Shown in pieces: positions 19,084 to 28,440 of a DNA stretch of 64,000 nt (positions are counted from its first letter, which is position 1; each line of letters opens with the position of its first letter). The notes below the pieces were generated by a model, which worked only from the letters and a program-made list of their open reading frames with translations, was not told the DNA's origin and searched no databases. Position numbers and translations under genes: made by a program. Origin of the DNA: Bacteroides sp. (GTDB taxonomy: Bacteria; Bacteroidota; Bacteroidia; Bacteroidales; Bacteroidaceae); the NCBI GenBank assembly GCA_017621035.1, contig JAGATY010000089.1, forward strand, positions 3,884 through 67,883. The letters run 5' to 3'.

Positions 19084-19250
19084 AGACACCCCATTGGTCA
19101 CATGGTCACATGGTCACATGGTCACATGGGGTGTCTTTCTGTATATACACCCCTCTCTATAATTCCAATTTAGATAATTATAAACATCTATTACTATATT
19201 CTTCTATTTTGCGGAGAAACTACCGATGTGACCGTGTGACCATGTGACCG
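19084..19250. repeat. TGGTCACA x4 tandem framed by a 10-bp inverted repeat, with inverted TGTGACC(A/G) x3
   Basis: AGACACCCCA-T-(TGGTCACA)4-TGGGGTGTCT at 19084-19136; TGTGACCG TGTGACCA TGTGACCG at 19227-19250. Confidence 0.85.
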
Positions 19251-19283
19251 CTCCCATTTTCTATTGGCAAGCAACACTATCCC

Positions 19284-19775
19284 AAGTCCCCCTCTACGAG
19301 GTTGCTCTCCCCCCGATAACGGGGGAGCCGGAGGGGGTGTGGCCAAAGGCCGGGGGGAGGTTAATACAAGTTGAAAGTTGAAAGTTGAAAGATGATAGTT
19401 GATAGTTGAAAGTTGATTGTTTAGGAGGTACAGTTATATAATTGGTAACAGAACTGGGCAAAGGTGGTAACTCGACTCTCCTCCTTCTGGAAGGAGGAGT
19501 ACCCGCAGGGGGGAGGTGGTAGGTGGAGTTAGTTTACTTTGTGTATTCACCTACCACCCCGTCACGGTGTGCCACCCCTCCTTCCCGAAGGAGGGGAACT
19601 TAAGATACTCCAGCTTTACTTTTCCAGACTGTATCAACCTCCCCCGCCCTTTGGGCACCCCCTCGTAGAGGGGGACTTCAGATACTCTCTCATCCCCACT
19701 TCAGATACTCACGCCTCCAGCAGCACACCCATCGCGCAGCCACTCCCCTCCCTTGGGAGGGGCTGGGGAGGGTCC
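19284..19775. repeat. Nested GC-rich REP-like hairpin cluster
   Basis: 18-bp perfect IR AAGTCCCCCTCTACGAGG (19284-19301) / 19661-19678; inner GGTGGTAGGTG / CACCTACCACC; hairpins CTCCTCCTTCTGGAAGGAGGAG, CCCCTCCTTCCCGAAGGAGGGG and CCCCTCCCTTGGGAGGGG. Confidence 0.8.
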
Positions 19776-19839
19776 CCATCACCGCGCAGCTCCAATTGTA
19801 AATTGTAAAATCGTAAATTACTTCAATTGTCCATTGTAA

Positions 19840-19920
19840 AAGCCCTCAGTGTTTTCTCCAAAACCCTCGATGTTACGGCCGAAACCCTCAGTGTTTCTGC
19901 CAGAACCCTCGGTGTTATGA
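19840..19920. repeat. 21-bp-period tandem repeat, 4 units
   Basis: CCCTC recurs at 19843, 19864, 19885, 19906 within AAACCCTCRRTGTT units. Confidence 0.8.
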
Positions 19921-19958
19921 GAGTAACAGCGGGTAAACTCTTATACATATCTATCTAT

Positions 19959-19974
19959 TTGCAAACGATTGCAC
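19959..19974. promoter_or_regulatory. Second putative LacI operator upstream of susC
   Basis: TTGCAAACGATTGCAC, 14/16 identical to the 14840 palindrome, about 55 bp upstream of a TACATTTG -7 box (20029-20036). Confidence 0.7.
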
Positions 19975-20152
19975 CGATTGATAACTATATTTCGTAAAAC
20001 ATTTATCTTTCTTTAACTAGGATTCTCATACATTTGCCACGTCATGCTATAGGGTACTATGAAGGCTCCTTATATCTTGATGCCATGAACGATTATTCGT
20101 TTGAAATAATATATAGATAATTGATATTGTTAACTTTAATTTTTTTAGATGC

Positions 20153-23137
20153 ATGAAGCAAGTTAATCTTGGCATCGTTCGAACGATGCTTACCCTGATT
20201 TTGGGGTTATTCTTGTCTGTAGGCGCTTATGCACAGAGCATCACCGTTAAAGGGCACGTCAAAGATGCCTTTGGTGGCGTGGTAGGCGCTAATGTAGTGG
20301 AAAAGGGAAATCCTTCCAATGGTACAATCACCGACATTGATGGTAACTTTACGTTGAGTGTGCCTCAAAATTCAACACTGGTAATCTCTTTCATCGGTTA
20401 CACTTCGCAGGAGGTAGCTGCTGCTCCCACTGTAATGGTAGAGATGAAGGAAGACTCTGAGCTGCTGAACGAAGTTGTGGTTATTGGTTACGGTTCTGTA
20501 AAGAAGAACGACTTGACCGGTTCGGTAACAGCAATCAAGGCAGAAGAGTTGAATCGTGGTGTAGTGACATCACCTGACCAGATGCTGAAAGGTAAAGTTC
20601 CCGGATTGTTGGTAACTCCTGCTTCCGGCGACCCTACCGGTAGCGCAACTATCCGTATTCGTGGTGCAGCTTCTCTGTATGCCAACAACGACCCGCTTAT
20701 CGTAATCGACGGTGTTCCTGTAACTCCCGAAGGTGGTGCAGGTATGGGTAACCCGCTGGCAACTGTAAACCCGAATGATATCGAATCTTACACCGTATTG
20801 AAAGATGCTTCTGCAACAGCCATCTATGGTTCTCGCGCTTCTAACGGTGTAATCATCATTACTACCAAGAAAGGCTCCGGTGACAAGATCCAAGTAGCTT
20901 ACAGCTCTAGCTACAGCTTGAAGCAAAATACCTCTACTCTGGATGTAATGACCGGTGACCAATATCGCGAATATGTAGAAAATACTTATGCCGGTACTTC
21001 TCGTTTGGAGAATATCAAGAAGTATATGGGTACTGCAAACACCGACTGGCAAGACCTTATCTACCGCACAGCTTTCTCTACCGACCAGAACGTCAGTGTT
21101 TATGGTAACAAGGGAAATCTTCCGTTCCGTGCCAGCCTTGGTTACACTTATGATGAGGCTACTCTGAAGGTTGGTGACAACCAACGTGCAAACATGTCAA
21201 TCAGCTTGACACCGAAGTTCTTCAAGGAACACCTCTCTGTAAACTTGAATGCAAAGGGCGTTTACAACCGTGCCAACTATCCTAACTCTGGTGCTATTGG
21301 TGACGCAATCAGCTTCTCTCCGACAGTTCCTGTTTATAACGAAGATGGTTCTCTCTTCAACTGGTACTCTTCAGACGGTTCTGCCAACACAATGGCCAGC
21401 ATCAACCCGCTGTCTCAGTTGTACGACCCGCACAATGTGAACGAAACATGGCGTTCAATGGGTAACTTGCAGTTGGACTATAAGATTCACGGTTTTGAAG
21501 ACCTGCGTTTCAACTTGAACTTGGGTTACGACTTCTCTCGCACAACCGGTGAGACTTACAATGAGGTAGGCGGCATCCTCTCTAAGAGAAACGGTGCAAC
21601 AGACTTCTATAACGACTATGCAAACCAAAACTCTAATACACTGTTGGAGTTCTACGGTAACTATAACAAAGAGTTCGGTATCCATCACTTGGACGTAATG
21701 GCTGGTTATTCTTGGCAGCACAACTACGTGAAGTATAACTCAAGCTCTTATTACAACAACGACCGCTCTCAACTGTACAATCAGAATCCTACCGACCGCA
21801 AGGAGTACTACTTGGTATCATTCTTCGGCCGCGTAAACTACTCAATCGACTCTAAGTATTTGTTCACATTCTCTTTGCGTGACGATGCTTCTTCTCGTTT
21901 CTCTAAGGACAACCGTTGGGGTCTGTTCCCGTCAGCAGCTTTCGCATGGAACTTGGCTGAAGAGGGCTTCATCAAGGAGAATCCTTTCTTCTCTAGCTTG
22001 AAGTTGCGTTTGGGTTGGGGTCAGACAGGTCAGCAAGATATCGGTATGGATCGTTGCTATGCTTACCAGGCTAAGTACACAGAGTCTTCTGCTCTGACAA
22101 CTATGATTCCTTGGGGCAATGGTTACATCTATACACTGGCTCCGAATGCTTATAACCCGAACATCAAGTGGGAAACTACTGAAACATTCAACGTTGGTAT
22201 CGACTTTGGTATCTTCGGTGGCAGAATCAACGGTAACGTAGATGCTTACTTGCGTAAGACTCGCGACCTGTTGAACGACATCAACACTCCGATGGGTTCT
22301 AACTTCTCTAACAAGATTATCTCTAACGTTGGTGATATGAAGAACATGGGTATTGAGTTCAATGTTAACTTCATTCCTATCGAAAAGCATGACATGCGTT
22401 GGACAATCAATGTGAACGGTACTGTACAAAAGACTGAAATCACTAAGTTGACAAACACTCCTAGCGAAGACTACTATGGTGTTCAGGTTGGTTCCGGTAT
22501 GAGTTCAATCGGTGGTTACACTTCTCTCTACCGTGTAGGTTACACACCTTATACATATTACCTGTATCAACAAGCTTATGACGAAAACGGTAAAGCTCTG
22601 CAAAACGTATTCGTTGACCGCAACGGTGATGGCGTTATCACTGAAGACGACCGCTATGTAACTGGTAAGAGCATCCAGCCTAAGTTCTACTACGGTATCA
22701 GTTCTTCATTCTCTTACAAGAATTGGGACTTCGGTTTCAACGCTCACGGTTCTGTAGGTGGCTATGCTTTGAACAAGATTGCCAAGAACAACGCTACATC
22801 TTATAGCGATGACCACACTAAGGGTTACATCAACAACCTTTCTACTTACGTGTTGAAGACTGGTTGGACAGGTTCAATGACTGAGTTCCAACAAGTATCT
22901 GACATGTTCCTGGAAAATGCTTCATTCTTCCGCATGGATGACATCAACGTAGGTTATACTTTCGACAAGTTCAAAAACTGGAAAGGAAAAATCCGTGTAG
23001 GTGCTTCTGTACAGAACGTGTTTACTATCACAGACTACAGCGGTCTTGATCCGGAACTTACCGCAGCAGACGGTGTTGACAACAACCTGATTCCGCGTCC
23101 GCGTCTCTACACCGTACGTCTGAATATTAATTTCTAA
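20153..23137 (+). CDS. susC: SusC/RagA family TonB-dependent transporter
   Basis: Signal peptide, CarboxypepD_reg-like domain, EVVVIGYG, PLIVIDG, LKDASATAIYGSRASNGVIIITTK, NPNIKWET, C-terminal Phe. Confidence 0.97.
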   Translation: MKQVNLGIVRTMLTLILGLFLSVGAYAQSITVKGHVKDAFGGVVGANVVEKGNPSNGTITDIDGNFTLSVPQNSTLVISFIGYTSQEVAAAPTVMVEMKEDSELLNEVVVIGYGSVKKNDLTGSVTAIKAEELNRGVVTSPDQMLKGKVPGLLVTPASGDPTGSATIRIRGAASLYANNDPLIVIDGVPVTPEGGAGMGNPLATVNPNDIESYTVLKDASATAIYGSRASNGVIIITTKKGSGDKIQVAYSSSYSLKQNTSTLDVMTGDQYREYVENTYAGTSRLENIKKYMGTANTDWQDLIYRTAFSTDQNVSVYGNKGNLPFRASLGYTYDEATLKVGDNQRANMSISLTPKFFKEHLSVNLNAKGVYNRANYPNSGAIGDAISFSPTVPVYNEDGSLFNWYSSDGSANTMASINPLSQLYDPHNVNETWRSMGNLQLDYKIHGFEDLRFNLNLGYDFSRTTGETYNEVGGILSKRNGATDFYNDYANQNSNTLLEFYGNYNKEFGIHHLDVMAGYSWQHNYVKYNSSSYYNNDRSQLYNQNPTDRKEYYLVSFFGRVNYSIDSKYLFTFSLRDDASSRFSKDNRWGLFPSAAFAWNLAEEGFIKENPFFSSLKLRLGWGQTGQQDIGMDRCYAYQAKYTESSALTTMIPWGNGYIYTLAPNAYNPNIKWETTETFNVGIDFGIFGGRINGNVDAYLRKTRDLLNDINTPMGSNFSNKIISNVGDMKNMGIEFNVNFIPIEKHDMRWTINVNGTVQKTEITKLTNTPSEDYYGVQVGSGMSSIGGYTSLYRVGYTPYTYYLYQQAYDENGKALQNVFVDRNGDGVITEDDRYVTGKSIQPKFYYGISSSFSYKNWDFGFNAHGSVGGYALNKIAKNNATSYSDDHTKGYINNLSTYVLKTGWTGSMTEFQQVSDMFLENASFFRMDDINVGYTFDKFKNWKGKIRVGASVQNVFTITDYSGLDPELTAADGVDNNLIPRPRLYTVRLNINF

Positions 23138-23157
23138 TTTTAGAGAAGACAATAGTT

Positions 23158-24813
23158 ATGAAAAAAATTATATATAGCTTGGCAATTGCAGCATCGGCAT
23201 TGACATTCAACTCTTGTGTCGGTGACTTGGATACATTGCCTTTGAACGAAACTGATAAGACTGCTCAACAGGCTTATCAAACGTTGGAAGATTTTGAGAA
23301 AGGTCTGGCTTACATCTATGGTTCTTATTCTTTGGTAAGCCAAAACGATGCAGGTAGCTCAGACATTGCCGTAGAAGATGCCGGTCAGAGTGAATTGCTT
23401 CGTCAGTATGTGGTATTGAACGAAATGTCTGCCGATGCCTTGAAGTGTACTTGGGGTGATAGCTACATTACCGATACTCAGAATGCAACTTGGAGCTCTA
23501 CTCCCAATGCTGCTACCATTGCAGTTTACACTCGTTGCATGGTAACCATTACTCGTGCCAATGAGTTCCTGATTCAGAGTGGCGCTTCTTCTTTGGAAGG
23601 TGTAGCCGGCTTGCGTGCTGAGGCTCGTTTCCTCCGTGCTTATGCTTACTACATGTTGCTCGATTTGTATGGTAATCCTCCTTTTGCTACAGAAGCAAAC
23701 ATCGGTGGCGACCTCCCGAAACAATTTGATACTGACTTCGAGAAAGGTCGTAAAGGTTTGTTCGAATGGCTTGAAGCTGAGTTGAAGGAACTGCTTGCCA
23801 GCGAAGATATGCCCGGTGTGGGCGAAGTTAGCTACCCGCGTGTAACTAAGGGTGCTGCTCAGGCTCTGTTGGCTCGTATGTATCTGAATGCAGAAGTTTA
23901 TACCGGTGAAGCTCGTTGGGCTGATGCCATGACTGCTGCCGAGGCAACCATCAACTTGGGTTACTCACTCTGTCCTAACTACGAAGAACTCTTCATGCAG
24001 GACAATGGCGAAAATACTGATTCACGCAACGAGTTGATTTTTGCTATTGCTTATGACCGTGACAAGACTCAGAGCTGGGGTGGTACTACTCACCTTGTAT
24101 CTGGTAGCTTGGACGATGCTAATAGTGAAGCCATTGCTGCTGCTTTGGGTTATCCCGAAGGTTCAATGATTGCTCGCGAACGTTGGAATGGTTATCACGT
24201 TCCTACTACTTTCGTTGCCGACAACTTTGAGTTGAGTGATGTAGAGTGGGGCGGTGATGGTCTTGGTTATAACCGTGCTACTAGCGACAAGCGTGCATTC
24301 TTCAGCAACGTAGGTTGTAGCGAAACTTTTGACATCTCTACTATTGAATCAGGTTGGAGATGCTGGAAGTTCACTAGCCGTGACTCTGAAGGTAACCTCT
24401 ATTCTAGCGATAGCTATGATAAATTCTCTTCAATCGACTTTCCGATGATTCGTTTGGCTGAAATGTATCTGATTTATGCTGAGGCCAAAGCTCGTATCGA
24501 TGGTGGTATCACTACCGATGCTAAGGTTCTGGGTTACGTGAAAGCATTGCGCGACCGTGCTGGCTTGTCAACTCCTTCTTCTGTTGACACTGAGTTCATC
24601 TTGAAGGAACGTGCTTGCGAGTTGATGTGGGAAGGTCATCGTCGTACAGACTTGATTCGCTACGGTTACTTCACCTCTATGTCATACCCCTGGCCTTATA
24701 AGGGTGGTGTGCCTGATGGTAAGGCTGCTATTGCCGACTATCGTATCGTTTACCCGATTTTGAATACTGACCTTACTGAAAATCCCAACTTGGTACAGAA
24801 TCCGGGTTATTAA
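23158..24813 (+). CDS. susD: SusD/RagB family lipoprotein
   Basis: FNSC lipobox; EARFLRAYAYY, RLAEMYLIYAEA, ERACELMWEGHRRTDLIRYG, QNPGY. Confidence 0.96.
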   Translation: MKKIIYSLAIAASALTFNSCVGDLDTLPLNETDKTAQQAYQTLEDFEKGLAYIYGSYSLVSQNDAGSSDIAVEDAGQSELLRQYVVLNEMSADALKCTWGDSYITDTQNATWSSTPNAATIAVYTRCMVTITRANEFLIQSGASSLEGVAGLRAEARFLRAYAYYMLLDLYGNPPFATEANIGGDLPKQFDTDFEKGRKGLFEWLEAELKELLASEDMPGVGEVSYPRVTKGAAQALLARMYLNAEVYTGEARWADAMTAAEATINLGYSLCPNYEELFMQDNGENTDSRNELIFAIAYDRDKTQSWGGTTHLVSGSLDDANSEAIAAALGYPEGSMIARERWNGYHVPTTFVADNFELSDVEWGGDGLGYNRATSDKRAFFSNVGCSETFDISTIESGWRCWKFTSRDSEGNLYSSDSYDKFSSIDFPMIRLAEMYLIYAEAKARIDGGITTDAKVLGYVKALRDRAGLSTPSSVDTEFILKERACELMWEGHRRTDLIRYGYFTSMSYPWPYKGGVPDGKAAIADYRIVYPILNTDLTENPNLVQNPGY

Positions 24814-24844
24814 ATAAGAAGCGTAACATTTAAATAATAGAAAT

Positions 24845-25951
24845 ATGAAATTGTTCAAAAATATAATGCTATTTGCAGCTGCTGCAGTGTTCGCTTCTTG
24901 CGAAACTGATGTGGATACTCCTCAAGTAGGCAGCCCCGACAATTTTGTGGCTCCTGTTATCGGACAATGCAGCGATGTAATTGTAAATGCCGATAATTCA
25001 AAGGATGAAACAGTTATCTTTACTTGGTCTGCTGCAGACTTCGGTTTGCCGGTTCAGGTTCTTTATAGTGTCTATCTGACTAACGGTAGCGCTACAACTC
25101 TGTTGGGTACTTCTAGCTCAACTTCTTACTCTGTCTCTAAGGGTGACTTGAATGGTGCCGTTATCAATGGCTTGGGTGCCAATGCTAACGAAACAGTTTC
25201 TGTGGCAGCTTATGTAACTGCTCAGTTGAATGGTTCTGACGTGTACGAACCCATTCAGTCTGCCAACTCAAACACTTTCTCAGTTACAACCTTTGCTGCA
25301 GCTCTTAAGTGGTTGCACTTGTGTGGTGAGTTCAACGCTTGGACTATTGCTTCTGCTCCTATCTTCTGGGAAACTACCGGTGGTTCTAACATCTATGAAT
25401 GTATGGTTGACTTTACTTTGCCGGCTGATGCTAGCCCGACAATGGAAGGCCGCTCTTACTTCAAGGTAACTGCAGAACAAAACTGGTCTGGTGCTAACTG
25501 GGGTTACAACTATCTTACTCCCTCTTGGCCGGGTGGTGACACTGAGCAGGCAGACTCTAACCTCTCTTTGGATATTGATGAGAAGTGTATCGCTGCTATC
25601 TCTGTTAACACAACAGTGATGACTATCGACCTGAAGTACATTGGTAACAAGCTTGGTCTGATTGGTGACTTCAATAGCTGGGGTGCTGACGAGTTCTTTA
25701 CTTATGATGCTGCAACAAGTACTTGGAAGACTGCTCCGGTTGCTCTTGTAGGCGGTTCAGGTATCAAAGTTCGTGTAGATTCTGATTGGGCTACTAACTG
25801 GGGTACAACAGGCGAGGCAAGCAGCGCAGTTGCCGGTGGCTTTGAACTGGGTGCCGGTGCAGACAACATTACCGTTCCTGCTGATGGTACTTATGTTGCC
25901 GTTCTTCACGCTAACCGCACTCCGTACGTTCTTGAACTGGTGGCACAATAA
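24845..25951 (+). CDS. SusE-like surface glycan-binding lipoprotein
   Basis: FASC lipobox; N-terminal SusE domain (FTWSAADFG), C-terminal GLIGDFNSWG...NWG module. Confidence 0.85.
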   Translation: MKLFKNIMLFAAAAVFASCETDVDTPQVGSPDNFVAPVIGQCSDVIVNADNSKDETVIFTWSAADFGLPVQVLYSVYLTNGSATTLLGTSSSTSYSVSKGDLNGAVINGLGANANETVSVAAYVTAQLNGSDVYEPIQSANSNTFSVTTFAAALKWLHLCGEFNAWTIASAPIFWETTGGSNIYECMVDFTLPADASPTMEGRSYFKVTAEQNWSGANWGYNYLTPSWPGGDTEQADSNLSLDIDEKCIAAISVNTTVMTIDLKYIGNKLGLIGDFNSWGADEFFTYDAATSTWKTAPVALVGGSGIKVRVDSDWATNWGTTGEASSAVAGGFELGAGADNITVPADGTYVAVLHANRTPYVLELVAQ

Positions 25952-25977
25952 TAACTAACCTTTAAAAGTAAATCAAT

Positions 25978-28014
25978 ATGTTTAAATACTTGAAATATAT
26001 GTTCGTGGCAGCTATCGCAATGATAGCTGCTACCGGATGCCAAGAAGATTGGGAAGATACTTTCTCAAAAGCTCCTGCGGCTCCTGAACTGCTGAACAAT
26101 GGTTCCATTCTGATGACTCAGAACACCATGACCGAATCTGTTACATGGGCATGGTCTGCTGCTCGCTTCTTGAAGGGTGAGGTTTCATACTCATTGTATG
26201 TACAATATGGTGAAGGCACTGCCAAACAACTGGGTGCTGCAACCAAAGAGTTGACCCTGACTTTGCCGAAGACCGACTTGCGCTCTGCATTGACCAGCCT
26301 TGCCGGTGTTCCTGAAAATGCTTCATTCGATGTTGCTTTCTATGTAGAGGCAAAGGATGAAGAAGCTACTTACGCTTCTGCTAAGCAAACCGTTAAGGTA
26401 TATGCTTACGGTGATGCTGTTTCTCCCGTTGCTACATTGGTAAGCAATGAGTTGGTACTCGACGTAACTGCTCCTACTGCCAATGTCGACCTTTTGACTT
26501 GGGAAGCTGCTCGCTTGGGTTACAACGAAGCTATCACTTACTCTGTATATGCTCAGTATGGTGAGAACGAAGCTGTAGCTGCAGCTACAGACTTGACTGC
26601 TACTGCTTACTCACTGACAGTAGACGAGTTGAACGAACTGGTTGTTTCTGCCGGTGCTCCCGAAGCAGAAGCTGCTGACGTAAACTTCTTTGTAACTGCT
26701 TATTCAGAAAGCTGTCCCGAAGGTATTCCTTCAGCTTCTGTAACCATGAACATTACTACCTACGTAGCTACCTATCCTGCAACAGTTTGGTTGCCGGGAA
26801 GCTATCAAGGTTGGAACCCTGCTACTGCAGCTAAGATTAACCAAAGCACGCTGACTAAGGGCTTGTATGAAGCTTTTGTAAACCTGACAACAGAAGATGG
26901 TTCAGATGTAGAGTTCAAGTTTACTCCGACCGAAGGCGGTTGGGATAACGACTGGGGCTTGGCAGAAGAAGTTGCTGCGACTACAGACGGAAACGGTAAC
27001 GTTGTTCTTGAAGCGTCTACAGTAGATATGGATGGTGAAAAGAACATTAAAGTTCCTTCCGGTATCTATCGTGTAAGCATGAACAAGAAGCTCAACAAGC
27101 TGACTCTGGTTAAGATTGAATCTGTAGGTCTGATTGGTTCTGCTACAGTTAACGGCTGGGATGCTGAAACTCCGATGGAGTACGATGCTGTTAACAACAC
27201 CTTCTCTGTAGTAACCACCTTGACCAAGGGCGGTGAATACAAGTTCCGTATCAACAACAACTGGACTTACTCTATCGGTGACAACGGTGCATTCGACGGT
27301 GGTGCAAACTATGTTCTCGAGAAAGAAGATGGTGAGTACAAGGTTGTTTTGGATGCTAACCAACATCCTTATGGTGTAAAACTGTTGAGCACATCTTATC
27401 CTGAAAATCTGTATGTACCGGGTGCATATCAAAGTTGGGATATTGGTGCAGCTCCTGCATTGCAAGGTGATGGTGAAGGTCACTACGAAGGCGCACTCAA
27501 TTTGTCGGTTGATGGTCAAGATAACTGTGAGTGGAAGTTCTCTCCTGAACAAGCTTGGGGTAATGACTTTGCTGGAACAATTGAACTGAATGAGAATGGC
27601 GTAGGCACAGGTACTTATGGTGGCGATGGTAACATTACTACTCCTTGTGGTTACTACTATATCTCAGTGGATATGACTGCAGGTACATTCTCTATGACTC
27701 GTATTGATAAGGTTGGCCTGATTGGCGACTTTAATAGCTGGGGTGGTGATGAAGCTTTTACTTATAACGCAACAACAAATGTTTGGACAGTATCAGCAAC
27801 ATTGACTGCAGGACAAGGCTTTAAGGTTCGTTTCAACGGAGCATGGGATATGAACCGTGGTGCAGCTGGTGAGGTTGAACCTTACGTGATGACTACTGGC
27901 GTAAAAATACCAGCTTATCAGAACGGAAAGAATCTTACAGTAGCAGAGGATGGTACATATACAGTTACTTTAGACCTCTCTACTAATCCTAATACCATTA
28001 CCATTACAAAGTAA
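25978..28014 (+). CDS. SusF/SusE-like multi-module surface glycan-binding lipoprotein
   Basis: ATGC lipobox; two SusE-type N-terminal domains and repeated LPGSYQGWNP / VPGAYQSWD / GLIGDFNSWG modules resembling SusE/F starch-binding CBMs. Confidence 0.85.
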   Translation: MFKYLKYMFVAAIAMIAATGCQEDWEDTFSKAPAAPELLNNGSILMTQNTMTESVTWAWSAARFLKGEVSYSLYVQYGEGTAKQLGAATKELTLTLPKTDLRSALTSLAGVPENASFDVAFYVEAKDEEATYASAKQTVKVYAYGDAVSPVATLVSNELVLDVTAPTANVDLLTWEAARLGYNEAITYSVYAQYGENEAVAAATDLTATAYSLTVDELNELVVSAGAPEAEAADVNFFVTAYSESCPEGIPSASVTMNITTYVATYPATVWLPGSYQGWNPATAAKINQSTLTKGLYEAFVNLTTEDGSDVEFKFTPTEGGWDNDWGLAEEVAATTDGNGNVVLEASTVDMDGEKNIKVPSGIYRVSMNKKLNKLTLVKIESVGLIGSATVNGWDAETPMEYDAVNNTFSVVTTLTKGGEYKFRINNNWTYSIGDNGAFDGGANYVLEKEDGEYKVVLDANQHPYGVKLLSTSYPENLYVPGAYQSWDIGAAPALQGDGEGHYEGALNLSVDGQDNCEWKFSPEQAWGNDFAGTIELNENGVGTGTYGGDGNITTPCGYYYISVDMTAGTFSMTRIDKVGLIGDFNSWGGDEAFTYNATTNVWTVSATLTAGQGFKVRFNGAWDMNRGAAGEVEPYVMTTGVKIPAYQNGKNLTVAEDGTYTVTLDLSTNPNTITITK

Positions 28015-28032
28015 TTCTTTAGGACGCTAATT

Positions 28033-28073
28033 AAAAAGCGGGCATCCCTCATACGTGACGGATGCCCGCTTTT
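28033..28073 (+). terminator. Intrinsic terminator closing the sus operon
   Basis: AAAAAGCGGGCATCC...GGATGCCCGCTTTT, 19 bp after the stop. Confidence 0.85.
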
Positions 28074-28144
28074 ATTGTATCCAACCTCTCCTAGCATTCA
28101 CAGCTTCCCGCGCTAACGCAGAGATTTATATCAAGAAAATTCGC

Positions 28145-28240
28145 GTTTGTTCCACACTTGTGTGGAGCGTGGTGGACACAAGTGCGGAGTAAACTGGACA
28201 CAAGTGTGGAGCACGCTCGGCACTTGTGTGGAAGAAAGGT
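28145..28240. repeat. 22-bp-period CACAAGTGTGGAG element, copy 2
   Basis: GTG(T/C)GGA at 28160, 28182, 28204, 28226; ends CACTTGTGTGGAAGAAA as copy 1 does. Confidence 0.85.
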
Positions 28241-28320
28241 CGGTTGAGGGGGAAGTTGGAAGTTGATAGTTGAAAGATGAAAGTTGATAGTGGAAGCCGG
28301 AAGTTGGTTGTTAGATAGAA

Positions 28321-28413
28321 TTTAGGCACGGAATACACGGGAAATCACAGCCTTTTGTTTTATACCTGATTGGTATAATCCTACCGTGAAGTTCCGTGTA
28401 CTCCGTGCCTAAA
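28321..28413. repeat. About 90-bp MITE-like element (TAGGCACGGA...TCCGTGCCTA), copy 1
   Basis: Terminal inverted repeat plus inner hairpin; related copies at 35843-35936 and 51543-51630. Confidence 0.8.
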
Positions 28414-28440
28414 TATCTTAAGCTACTAACGAGAGTAGAG

